Shown here piece by piece: positions 37,661 through 48,240 of a stretch of 64,000 nucleotides of DNA. The first letter of the stretch is position 1; each line of letters opens with the position of its first letter. The notes below the pieces were generated by a model, which worked only from the letters and a program-made list of their open reading frames with translations, was not told where the DNA came from and made no database searches. Source of the stretch: Marsupella aquatica (Eukaryota; Plantae; Marchantiophyta); assembly GCA_973895155.1 (NCBI GenBank), contig OZ316894.1, positions 1,115,968 through 1,179,967 of the forward strand. Direction: 5' to 3'. The position numbers and the translations under genes were made by a program.

Positions 37661-38057
37661 CATACTAGTGAATTAATATGAAAGAGCTCATAGAATCTGA
37701 AGGAACCCACAATGGACTAGCCCTAAAAATGTCTCAACCCTGAAGGGCTGGAAATGAATCTCCTACCCAAAAGTATAACTTTCACACTTTGGTCCCAAGT
37801 GGTAAACTATGTAATATTTGAGTCCGGCGCTTTCGTTCCAGAGAAACCTGTGTGACCTTGACCAGAGCCAAAGCTGAGAGGTTTGAGAACCCTTGTAGAG
37901 AGTGGACAAAATAATGGGAAACCCCAGGAAAACCAAAGAGCCAAATTAGCCCAAGACTCCCCAACAAAGCAAAAGAACTGAAAGCCTCATACCAAACCCT
38001 ATCGGCTAGAAAACCTGGTGGGTTTACCACCATAACCAAAAACCCTAGAGAGTGAAA

Positions 38058-38140
38058 AGCCTAGTAAGTTTATCACCTAAATTAAAACTAGCATCTAAGA
38101 GTCTAGTGAGTTTATCACCTAGACAAAAACTAGCATCTAA
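38058..38140. repeat. 42-bp tandem duplication
   Basis: ag.ctagt.agtttatcaccta.a..aaaactagcatctaag x2. Confidence 0.85.
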
Positions 38141-38389
38141 GGGCTGGCTTGCATGTGAGTGTCTTGACACAATTGGCCCATGTGTGATGAGGTGGAACCA
38201 TATATCCCACTGTCCAAGACTTACCTGTCTGGCCCCCTTTTGAGCCCAGTCCTCAAGGGATAAACAGGTGCGCTTTCAAGGGCAAGGGCTGTAACATCCC
38301 TCACCGTCCGGACCTTGCAATGTCTTATAGAAAAAAATTAAATACTTGCCTTAGCCAAATATGTCCAGATTTTGTATGCCACCTTTTTG

Positions 38390-38577
38390 CCTACAATTGA
38401 AGAGTCCTAAGGGCCTCATTTGTTTTGGCCTATAGCACATACAAGACAGCCCCTACAATTGAAGAGTCCTAAGGGCCTCATTTGTTTTGGCCTATAGCAC
38501 ATACAAGACAGCCCCTACAATTGAAGAGTCCTAAGGGCCTTATTTGTTTTGGCCTACAGCACATACAAGACAGCCCC
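38390..38577. repeat. 62-bp tandem repeat x3
   Basis: cctacaattgaagagtcctaagggcct.atttgttttggccta.agcacatacaagacagcc head-to-tail. Confidence 0.95.
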
Positions 38578-39611
38578 AAAGGGTTGGAATACATGAGTTT
38601 CCAGGAACTGTCACCTGAATCTTGAGAGCCACCTCGTTTAATGTCATGGGCACCACCTCCACATTTGAGTACCGCGCATTGAATGCCACCACGTCTACAT
38701 TTTGCGTACATGCGCATTGAACGCAGGCATATCCTTACGACTCTGCTGACGTTCACCCAACTTGGGGAGCAACAACGGTGAGAGTAGCTTGAAGCGGAGC
38801 CTATCGGTAGACTGTCAACGTTTTCCCGTTCGTCGAAAGTGGGATCGTCGAATTCCACAGCTTTCTCGAGACTCCGTCAGATTGACGTGGCTTGCAGACC
38901 ATGACGAAGTACTCTAATATTCTATTGCACACAGATCTTCCATCGTTCAAACTGTTGGCGGCGACTGGTGGGCCACCAGGCCCATAGACCCATGTGACAT
39001 GCCGACAGACGACGGTGCTCGACATCGCGGAAGGAAAAGCCTGTCACTTCTGCGATACAAGGTGGGAACGCGATGTGTGTGAGCGAGAGTAACTTCGAGA
39101 GTAACGTTCCAACTATTCCTGTCTCCGTGCTAATTCGTGAGAGACGACCGTCCTCCATTTGTTACCGAAAAGACATCAGTTCGACTGGACACATTCGAGT
39201 TTTGAGCATCATTGGCAATGAGTGGGCCTGAGCATTAAATTCCCTCCTGGAGGTCTTTAACAGTTCGAATGGTTTAGTTCGGAACTCAATTGAGACATAG
39301 AACGTTTCAGAACCATTCACAACGTTGGGCGAGAGCTTTCAATGCACTGTGCAAGAGGCTTTCGACAGTTTGAAATGTTAGATCCCCCCTTCATTGAAAA
39401 TGACAATGAATAGTATTTACAGTAACTTAATCTACATCATTCTGTTGTGGTCGAAGTCGAGTTGCAGAGCATGAGCACGTACTCTAGTAACCTTCCCTAC
39501 TCTATCGAGATAGACAATCCTAGAAGATGGGACGAGCAGCTTGTGCTGATAACATACAGTACTTGATTCGCCCTTGTCTGGAATGATTGGGCACGCAGGC
39601 CGTTGGCAAGG

Positions 39612-41852
39612 TCACTTCATACTCGAGTGTTGGAGTCTTTTCACCTGCGGATTTCCGAGGGTGGAATGCACAAACCCATATTGCTCTAGAACCTGATTAT
39701 CAGCGAAATCGAATGCGCGTTTGAGTTGGGATCGACACTCATCCACCTCGAAGTTCCCCTTCCTATCCCCGCAAGGCTGGCAGCCAGCGAAATGCGTGAT
39801 CCACGGCCAGCTCATTGACCCAAATCCCTGATCGGCCTTCGACATGCTCTCGTACCTGGGCGCGATTAACTTCCAGTACCCGCTCATGCTGAATTCCCTC
39901 TCGAGGCGGATCCTCGGAATCCATTTTTTCTCCTTCTCTTCCTTCTCCATCACCAGCATGTAGAGGAGGGCCGACTGATCATCTGCAGCTGCACCTAAGT
40001 CCCGCCCGACGAGCACTTCCGATGCTCGCCTCCCAGACTCTATTCTCGCTTGCTTGGTCCCTAGACTAGCCCAGACGTCGAACAGGTCTAGAGTCCACTG
40101 GCAGTTTCGGGCGAGATAGACCCCGGCGTTGACTGCAATCCAGTCATTCACCGCAAGAAGCTCGGCATCCCCATAGAGAACAAGGTTTTGACCCTTAAAC
40201 TTCTCATATGGAGGAGTGAAAACCATATCGGTGATAGCAGCGTCGCCATCGCACCACCAGAACCATTCCACATCGGGGTGGGAGAGCATGAGAACTCGAA
40301 TCGTGGGGATCTTCGTCCACCAGTAATCCAGCTCCCGGTCGAAATCGACCTGGCCGTAGAACATTGACATGTCGTGAAAGCGACCATAATCCACCTTGTT
40401 CTTCAGCGCTTGCAGAAGACCGTGACCTCCGTCAGGATGAATGCACTCTCTCGTCGATGAACCAGTGACGATCATAGTCTTCGGCAGTCCTTCGTCATTG
40501 ACCCTCTTCACGCCGGGGTTCTTCTTGAACCAGGCCTCGCGCTGAGCGTCCCAGTTCTCCACCCTGGGGCCGGGGAGTTTGTGGATGCCGAAGCCTTTAT
40601 AATCAGGAAGAGGCACTTGAGGGGACGGGACAACATTCTCGAACATATGCCCAGGAATAGGGACCAGCTCGTTGATACCAAGTCCGCGGAGCTGATACCC
40701 ATACCTCCGATACACCTGCTGATCCGCGAAATCCATCGCACGTTCCATCCCTCGCCTGCATTTTTCCCACGGGTAAGCTCCCTTTCGATCCCCACTGGGC
40801 AAGCAACCGGTAAAGCGCGTCACGATAGGCCATCGAGGATCTCCACGGCCATAACCCTCCAGCTCCTCCAGCTCCTCGGTCACCGAGGTCCAATCCCTGT
40901 TGAGGTAAATGTCCTTCTCCAAGTAAGTCTTCGCATACCACACCGATTTCTCTATCGAGAGAAGGTACACTAGAGCTGATTGATCATCAGCTTCTATGCC
41001 CTGCGGTCGATCCTGGAGAGAATCAGAAAGGAAATTCCCGACGGACTCTCTCTGGTGAACGTTTCCCATGGAGGCCCAGGCGTCCAACAGGTGAAGTGAC
41101 CACTGGCAATTCCGAATGAGAAAATTCCCTGTACCGAGGCCCTTCCAGTCCTTCAGCTCGAAGACACGATGCTCATCTCCAAAAACGACCAAATTATAGC
41201 CCTCGTATTTGTCTAGAGGAAGCTTGAACTCCATGTCAATGATCACAACGTCGTTGTCCATCCACCAGAGCCATTCCACCTCTGGGTGAGCCAACATCTG
41301 CATCCGCAACACCAGGAGCTTGGTCCAGCTCCCTACAAAATCCTGGTCCGGTTCCATTAAATTATAAAACAGCTGGAGATCGTGTACTCGTGAGAAGTGG
41401 ACCTTGTTCTTAGCTGTTTTGAGGTACATGTGCGTATCGACAGGATTCTCGCATCGGGATGGCTGCGAGCCCGTGACAATCAAAACCTTCGGCCTTCCAG
41501 CTCGAACATCAGGATTCTTTTGCCACCAGCGAGTTCGTTGGGAGTCGAAGTCGACCACTCGAGGCATTAAGGCAAACGAGGTGTTCCTCTCCGTCGCAAT
41601 TTCTGGTAGTGCGTTCGACGAGACGGATATCTCGTAACTGCGGATTTTCAAGAGCTCCTCGCTGTTGCCATGGGGTATGTCTTCAAAGTTTCCTGGACCT
41701 AATAACATGCACATCATTAGCAATGCGAACACGATGATGCCTAGTACTTTAAATGGTTTCTTGCAAGAAACTCCTTTGGGATTCTGGACGCTGCTTAGAC
41801 TCCATCCTTTGCCGCCCCTGGACGAGAATTTAGGATCCTTCATTGTCGACAC
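39612..41852 (-). CDS. GT34 family glycosyltransferase (xyloglucan xylosyltransferase / galactomannan galactosyltransferase-like) with two tandem GT34 domains, 746 aa, intronless
   Basis: Type II TM anchor, then twice: D.QR..W...NP, IVTGS, KNKV, W.K, MLxHP.VEWxWWxDxD, G..L.RNCQW.L.L.D.WA, ADDQSAL.Y, T.F.GC.P, RA.DFAD.QV. Confidence 0.93.
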   Translation of the reverse strand: MSTMKDPKFSSRGGKGWSLSSVQNPKGVSCKKPFKVLGIIVFALLMMCMLLGPGNFEDIPHGNSEELLKIRSYEISVSSNALPEIATERNTSFALMPRVVDFDSQRTRWWQKNPDVRAGRPKVLIVTGSQPSRCENPVDTHMYLKTAKNKVHFSRVHDLQLFYNLMEPDQDFVGSWTKLLVLRMQMLAHPEVEWLWWMDNDVVIIDMEFKLPLDKYEGYNLVVFGDEHRVFELKDWKGLGTGNFLIRNCQWSLHLLDAWASMGNVHQRESVGNFLSDSLQDRPQGIEADDQSALVYLLSIEKSVWYAKTYLEKDIYLNRDWTSVTEELEELEGYGRGDPRWPIVTRFTGCLPSGDRKGAYPWEKCRRGMERAMDFADQQVYRRYGYQLRGLGINELVPIPGHMFENVVPSPQVPLPDYKGFGIHKLPGPRVENWDAQREAWFKKNPGVKRVNDEGLPKTMIVTGSSTRECIHPDGGHGLLQALKNKVDYGRFHDMSMFYGQVDFDRELDYWWTKIPTIRVLMLSHPDVEWFWWCDGDAAITDMVFTPPYEKFKGQNLVLYGDAELLAVNDWIAVNAGVYLARNCQWTLDLFDVWASLGTKQARIESGRRASEVLVGRDLGAAADDQSALLYMLVMEKEEKEKKWIPRIRLEREFSMSGYWKLIAPRYESMSKADQGFGSMSWPWITHFAGCQPCGDRKGNFEVDECRSQLKRAFDFADNQVLEQYGFVHSTLGNPQVKRLQHSSMK

Positions 41853-43800
41853 TGATGGCCTGTCACAACGAAATGTATCAATTCCTCACAAATCTCACGA
41901 GTCTTTCCTCCTTTTGAAGAAAAACCGCACTGGAGTGCGCTTGACGATGATTTTCATCAGGCACGTCAAATCGAACCAATCTCTGCTCCATCAGCAGCGC
42001 CTCGTTGTAGTTGCCGAGCAAGTAGCTCAAGATTGTAGAGTACACAGGGATATAAGCAAAGGCGGCGCATGCAGGGAGAGTTGTTTGCCTCCCGAGGACC
42101 AGCTATTGTCGCGTAGCTTAAAGGGGCTCCCTAATGCAACAATGTTCGAGACGACACAAATTCCGAGCTACTGTTGCAACGAGCCAGTCCGCGCTTATCA
42201 AACAACGGACAGGTTGCTGCCAGCGCGTGGAGGGACGCTTTATGAGGGAAACGAAGCATCCATCATCAATGCTCCTCGTCCAAAGTTTGAAACCCGAATC
42301 CAGAGAGTGCACAGTTGCACACAACCCCTACGTAAACCTCGGCCTCAATCTACGGTACTGTAAGTAGCGACGAAATGTCCTCTCGAATCTGTCGTCCAAC
42401 TCATCCATCTGCAATCCTGAGAATGCACAGTGGAATCATACCGGGCAACTTTACCTCCGCCAACCTATTAATGATGCTCCTCCGACAAGCTTCGGAAACA
42501 CCAGCCTCTCTGCCCACACCCTCCTGGATGCACTTTTCCCCTCCCACTCCGACTTCCGTCATGCGAGCTCACCCTACAGTAGTCCATAGTCCATACCCAC
42601 GGACGAGAAGACGAGGGCTACCTCTGTTGTTGAAATCACGCACGTATATTTAATAACCCGGCTGGACGTTACATAAACGTGAACTACGCCGAGCACTGTA
42701 GTGCTGAACTAGAAAAAGTTACTGCAACGTTAGTCAAGTACGCACATGCCCTCCTCGGCTCCTCGGCAGCCTTATTATCGTGGAAGAGGATTTCAAATAC
42801 CGTCTGTCACAAACGAACGTGGCTAAATCTCTTCGAGCACATATATCATTCTGACGGACCCGACCTATCCGTGATCAATCACTATTTCGTGGCAAAGAAC
42901 GTGCAGTACATTTGAAACAGAGAAGTCTCTGTGGAGCCCACACGGTGCTGGATAAGTCTTGTGGAGCCCGGAAGGTCCTGCAGCAACAACAGTAGTGAGG
43001 GCCTGTTCAGTGGATGGGAATCAGCTTATTTTTTTAGGGCTTTTTTAATTTTTAGCCAGTGTATGCCTAATGTTTGCTTCTCTAAGGGAGGAGATTCTAG
43101 GAATCTTCTCTAGGAATCTTCTCTATCAGATTTCGCTGAAGGAAATCGTGACCGTCAGATATCCCGAGATTTAAGGAGAACCGTTCGATTCTGACTAATG
43201 GGTCCATGATTTGGTGGAAGAGTGGCTAATGGTGTTAAAAAATATAGCAAATATTAGCCAAAAGTGGCCAACATTTTGGGGGAGGGGAAATTTGGCTAAA
43301 ATTTACACTTTTAAAATAGGCTGAAGAGAATCCCCGGTGAGTCGGTGACCCTGTCTTTGGATTCAGCACGATTGGTGTCTGCAAGAATTAATGTTGTACA
43401 GCTGTACGCTCATTAAGGCACTATTACACAATTGATAGGAGCAGCACCCTGCACCTAGATTGACGACAGCAAAGCTACACTCGTGAACGACTCGATGCTC
43501 CATCTCTACAGTTCTTGGTCGTCTGGTGGCCTTTGCTTTGCTCAGGTTTTTTAATCATGAGAAACATGATGTGTGTTCCATGAGGTATGCGAGAGTCCAC
43601 TCTGCAGAAAGAGCTGCTAGGCTTGAGTCCACTGGTGGATTGATTTTTGACATGGGGAGACACACTAACTCACTGTTCTGTAAGTTAAGTTTTGGGACAG
43701 CAACTGAACAGCACCGCAAATGGCACTCCATCGCCGGATTCTAAGGAAAGTCATGAACGACAAGGTCCGTAGAGGTCTACATGTGTGTGAAATGACACGA

Positions 43801-44318
43801 ATTTTCTACATTGCCATCTTTTTGTTGCATAATATATATATACATCGCCACCATTGTTTTTCTATTTATCAAATTGCCATTGTTTAATCCGTGGTCAAGA
43901 AAAGTAACCCAGCTTAGCTCCTCAGCATCCAACGGCTGTCTGTGCTCCCCCTGTCAAAATCCCGATCAAGATCTGATGGCGTTGGATTCCCTCAGTCTCT
44001 TCTTTGACCACCCTTGTGTCAGTTAACCCCAATGTGGTTCAGGAAGGCTAGTCATGCTATAGGGCAAGGGCGAGAAGGGGCACCGTTGGGGGCAGGCAAC
44101 CCACCTTTTAGCCAGCTGATCCGAGAGTGGTCAAACATGAGACGGAAGGAATCCGGAGCCATCAGATCTTGACAAGGGAAGCACAGACAATCGTTGGATG
44201 CTGAGGAGCTAACCTGGGTTGCTTTTCTCATTTAACCCACAGGTGGCACTTTGATATTAAATAGAAAAACTTTGGTGGAAATGTATGTTGCAACATAAAA
44301 AATGGCAATCTAGTAAAT
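43801..44318. mobile_element. Foldback / MITE-like element with long (about 210 bp) imperfect terminal inverted repeats
   Basis: aacccagcttagctcctcagcatccaacg...tcaagatctgatggc on the left is the reverse complement of gccatcagatcttga...cgttggatgctgaggagctaacctgggtt on the right. The ends attgccat / atggcaat also pair. No target-site duplication found. Confidence 0.85.
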
Positions 44319-44649
44319 CCCAGGAGTAGAGAATTGGCCACTCCCACTTCTCTATGTTTTCACAAAATGAGAGAAAAAAATGGGTGTTTGTACCCCCCTT
44401 GTGAGTAACATAGTTGTTGAGCATAGACAACATTCACAATAGAAAGCCCATGACACATCCAACGCACAAGTGATCAACACAACAGATATGTGGTTCCCTG
44501 CGTGGTTCACCTCCAAGAGGTTACATTCACGGGAACACATAAGAGAATTTCACTGAACTCTAAGCCTATTGGTCATATCAAGTCTCCACAATGCAAACTC
44601 TCCTTATCTCTCAAGTGGCTTCATAACAATGAACCTAGTTTCACTTATC

Positions 44650-46850
44650 CAAGCAAGAAGCATTTAGGATATAGTGTGCAACTTAGTTAACCTAACCACA
44701 TCTTTCACTAGGGTTAGCCTAACTATGGTTACATGTCATAACCCTAGACGTAAGAGTAAATACCTAACAATAATCCAGTCAAAACACAAATTAAGAGAGA
44801 AAAAAAGAAGAAGAGAGAATGGACTACGTACTGGCTTCACTGTGACTCTCCCATGTTTACAACTTACACCATCTCTTTGCAGTGAACACAAAAGTTGTCC
44901 TGAATACCCATGCGTATGCAAAGGAAGGGTTCCCCATGCCCTGTCCTACTCACAAGAGTAATCTTTACAGATCCTAGTCAGCTGCTACTGGGTCCATGTT
45001 TGGCTGATGTGGCCAAGATTTTCCAGCAAAACTTAGACCATCTCTTGAAATGGTCTAAAGAGTGTACCCCTTGGTCCATTAAGGATCTTGCATTCATTTT
45101 TTCCAGAATTGACACATTGTGTATCAGGTCCATTAATTTGTTATTAAGCCCTAAGTGTGGAACCATCCATGTGCCTCTTGTCAGTGCTAGCCCTCTAACC
45201 ATGATGGTGTCCATGTTGTGCCTACTCAAATTGCAGAACGCAAAAAAGACCCCTCCACATGTTCATGAACTTTGCCAACTTTGGGCTCCAAGAAGAAGGA
45301 GGCATGGGTGGAAGCTCTTGTCAAGAAGTAAGCCATCGAAACTATATTTTGAAAAAAGGATGCAAGTATTGAGAGGAAGTGGTCATCAAGAGTGAAGGGC
45401 TGACTGAGAGAGGAAACCAGCATTGTGCGCATAGGAGAAGGACTGAGGGAAGGCTCTTAAAACAGAGAGACTGAGGTAGTTTTGGGTTTTACAGCCACAG
45501 TTTGAGTTGTTGGGGCATGAATTGGGTAGATGTGCAAGCAGTTTACATGGAGAAATATCACTTTGAAAATGAGGCCGAGGGGATGGAAGGTCCCAGCTTT
45601 GCCAACTCTTTCTAACATCTTTGATGCTCTTTCTATCGTTTCTGATAGTGTTCCACATATCTGCTATATGGCCAATCCACTTTTCAATGTTTTGACTTAC
45701 TAAGAATTCTTATCATATATTTTTACTTGCATTGCAAGGTGCACAATTTGTTTATACTTTAGATTACTTTGGCACCCCTCTAGGTGTGTTTTATCTTCTT
45801 ACACTAGAGCTCTCATTCCCCAGTACATTTAGTTTCCAATATAGTGCATTTACCCCTTTTACAGATTTTATGGAATGTTTGCCAATTCTAATGAATGAGA
45901 GAGAGAATTGATACTTTGAATTGTGGACTCCACCTGATTTAAGTACTCCTCAAACTTTTATTTGTTAAGCTTTATGATTTTTATTGTCATTACCTAAGGC
46001 AATGGAGTATCTTTTGTACCTTATTTACACAATGTTTGATTGATTTAAGTCATTAAAGCAAGTGATAATCTATACCTTATGTGCACTATTTTTCAAGATA
46101 TGTGCACTTGTACTTTTAGTGGTCATTATGTAACAAGTACTAGTTTACACATCAGTTCCAGGATGAATATGCTATATCTATTGGGGCTCGTCCTTGTAAT
46201 GTCTAAAAAAACTCCTTTCACATAGGTTTTGTTAGTCATTTGTAGTTACGCATATCTACATAACTTACCTTGAGACTGATCCAGAGGAAAATTTGAGCTT
46301 AATATACGTTCATTCGCCTCCACCCTTTATGGAATATCGTGAACTTTAGCAATATCAACAGCTCTCCTTAGATCATGGAAGATCTACTTAACTCATGGAA
46401 AAACTCATGCAAGTCTGTCATAAATGTTGAGGAAGAATATACTTCCCAGAGCAGGGGAGGGAAAGCGATGCTTGGATGCGTCAAGGAGCTTTTAAGACCT
46501 AATGTGATACTTATACACGGAAAGATACATGTTGAGAACAAGGAATGTTTGAAAACAATTCATCCAGTTGTGAGATACATCTAATCAAATTTACTTCTAT
46601 AATATGGAATGCCCCCAAAAAGTTCTTTCCTTTATTTACAAAATTGGAAATGGATGGAGCCCTCAGACGTTTTTTAAGCTTTTTATAAGGCTTGGATTGA
46701 TTGACCAGGAGAATCAAATGATATATTTCTTTTTATAGAAGAATATAGAGTACATGAGATGATTCTTATGTGCCATCACCTCAAATGTGTCTTTTTCTTC
46801 TATAAAAATACACCCATGATGGGAAGGAGAATATTTTAGGGCATGACAAA
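44650..46850 (-). mobile_element. Highly degraded L1-like LINE ORF2 remnant
   Basis: AT-rich, stop-riddled region with weak RT-like remnants (F.NKG.N, KxLxGVP) in the expected order. Weak motif evidence only. Confidence 0.35.
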
Positions 46851-47244
46851 AATTTTGGATTTTTCCATAGAGTTGATTATGAGACTTTAGAAAAAATCAA
46901 AATGGGTTGATTTTGCTTTTCACTCCCTCTTTTTGTTTTCGTTCGAAACGGGACAATGCCTGGGAGCCTTTATTCCATCTAATCCAAATTAAACAACAAC
47001 TCCGCAATGGAGAAGGAGGCAGCACAAAGAGAAAAAAAAAACAATTAGGGGGGCTGAAAGAGGGAGCACACCCAGAGAGGAGAGAAAGGGCACCTCAGTC
47101 CGCCAAGAAGGTAGGAGGCAGAACAGAAAGGGAAGGAGAAGCCCAGGAACCGGAAACACTAAACCTAACTATGAAAAACCCTAAACCCTAAACTCAGGAT
47201 CCATCCTTAACTGCAAACAAGACCAGAATGCACCCAAGAATCCA

Positions 47245-47303
47245 ACATGGTGAGAGCCGAACCCACACCCGACTGGCCGCCTTAAACGCTTGTCCCACAG
47301 GCC
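47245..47303 (-). other. tRNA-derived fragment (SINE head or pseudo-tRNA, Leu/Ser-like)
   Basis: Minus strand gtgggacaagcgtttaaggcgg...gtgggttcggctctcacca resembles a D-arm/A box plus T-arm/B box. Too short for a full cloverleaf. Confidence 0.4.
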
Positions 47304-48177
47304 GATAAAACCACGCGCTCATTCAACCGCTGCAGGAACAGCCTACACCAACAGAACTGTCTACCAATGACAGTCCCCAAAAATATTGGAAATGGTCACC
47401 CATATGCAGGCAACAATGGCAGCAGCCATATCCCATATTTTGAGGTTCACTCCCTCTGTTTTGGTGGAAGTTTTTTTTTTAATTTAATTTTCCTTTTTTT
47501 ATTTGCTTATATAATGGTGCCAAAGGCAAGAAAAGGGGGGAGTTAAATAAAGTGGCAAAGGAGTGAGGAAATAGGAAAAAAGGGAAGAGAACAATTAAAA
47601 TGTTTCCCTCCCAATAGCATTGTCCCAAACATTGTGTGACCCACACCTTGTCCCCGGAAGGCCCCAAGGGGCCATTACCTCTCTTGCACTCCCTCTCACC
47701 CTCCCACATCCTTTCTCTCCTCAACAACATAGCTTTCATAACAATAACAATATTTTTTTTCAAAATAAAATAGAACCGCAAAAGTGAAGGCGACTGTTTT
47801 TACACTTTTGACTCATTTTATTTGGTTTAGAGCTTTTGTAGAAATATGGTCCCAATTTTTTTTATTCCATCTAAACCTCCAACATCCTTTTAAAAATAAT
47901 ATTTTTCTCTGCAAGACCCGCCTTGCTTGATATGCTCGGTCATCTCTATTTGTCTTGGGATTAGTCTCGCTTGTGCTCTAATTCTTTCCCCAGTCGGGAG
48001 CCCAGCTCTTTGCCCCCAACTGCCTCTTTTGTCCCCACTTTTGTTCCATCTTTCGGATCATCAACTCTTATCCATGTATTCTCACTACCCATTTAAGCCC
48101 TACACTGTATTTTTGTCTTGCCTTGAATTACATAATTTCATGTGCTATTTTGAACATGTGGAGGGAAGATTGTGGAG

Positions 48178-48240
48178 GGAAGATTGAACCTGGGACCTCT
48201 TGGTTCTAGGCTCATCCTCTGGCCAACATACCAATGCCAG
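48178..48240 (-). mobile_element. tRNA-derived SINE head
   Basis: Minus strand tggtatgttgg (A-box-like)...ctagaaccaagaggtcccaggttcaatc (B box GGTTCAATC). Confidence 0.45.

Noticed and set aside
38390-38577. 62-bp period array resembling repeat+spacer spacing
   Set aside because: The entire unit is repeated nearly identically, so there are no variable spacers.
41665-42363. 232-aa plus-strand ORF overlapping the GT34 start
   Set aside because: Non-ATG start, no recognisable domain, partly antisense to a real gene.
47175-47193. aaaccctaaaccctaaa telomere-like motif
   Set aside because: Only about two units; a common telo-box or chance occurrence, not an interstitial telomere array.
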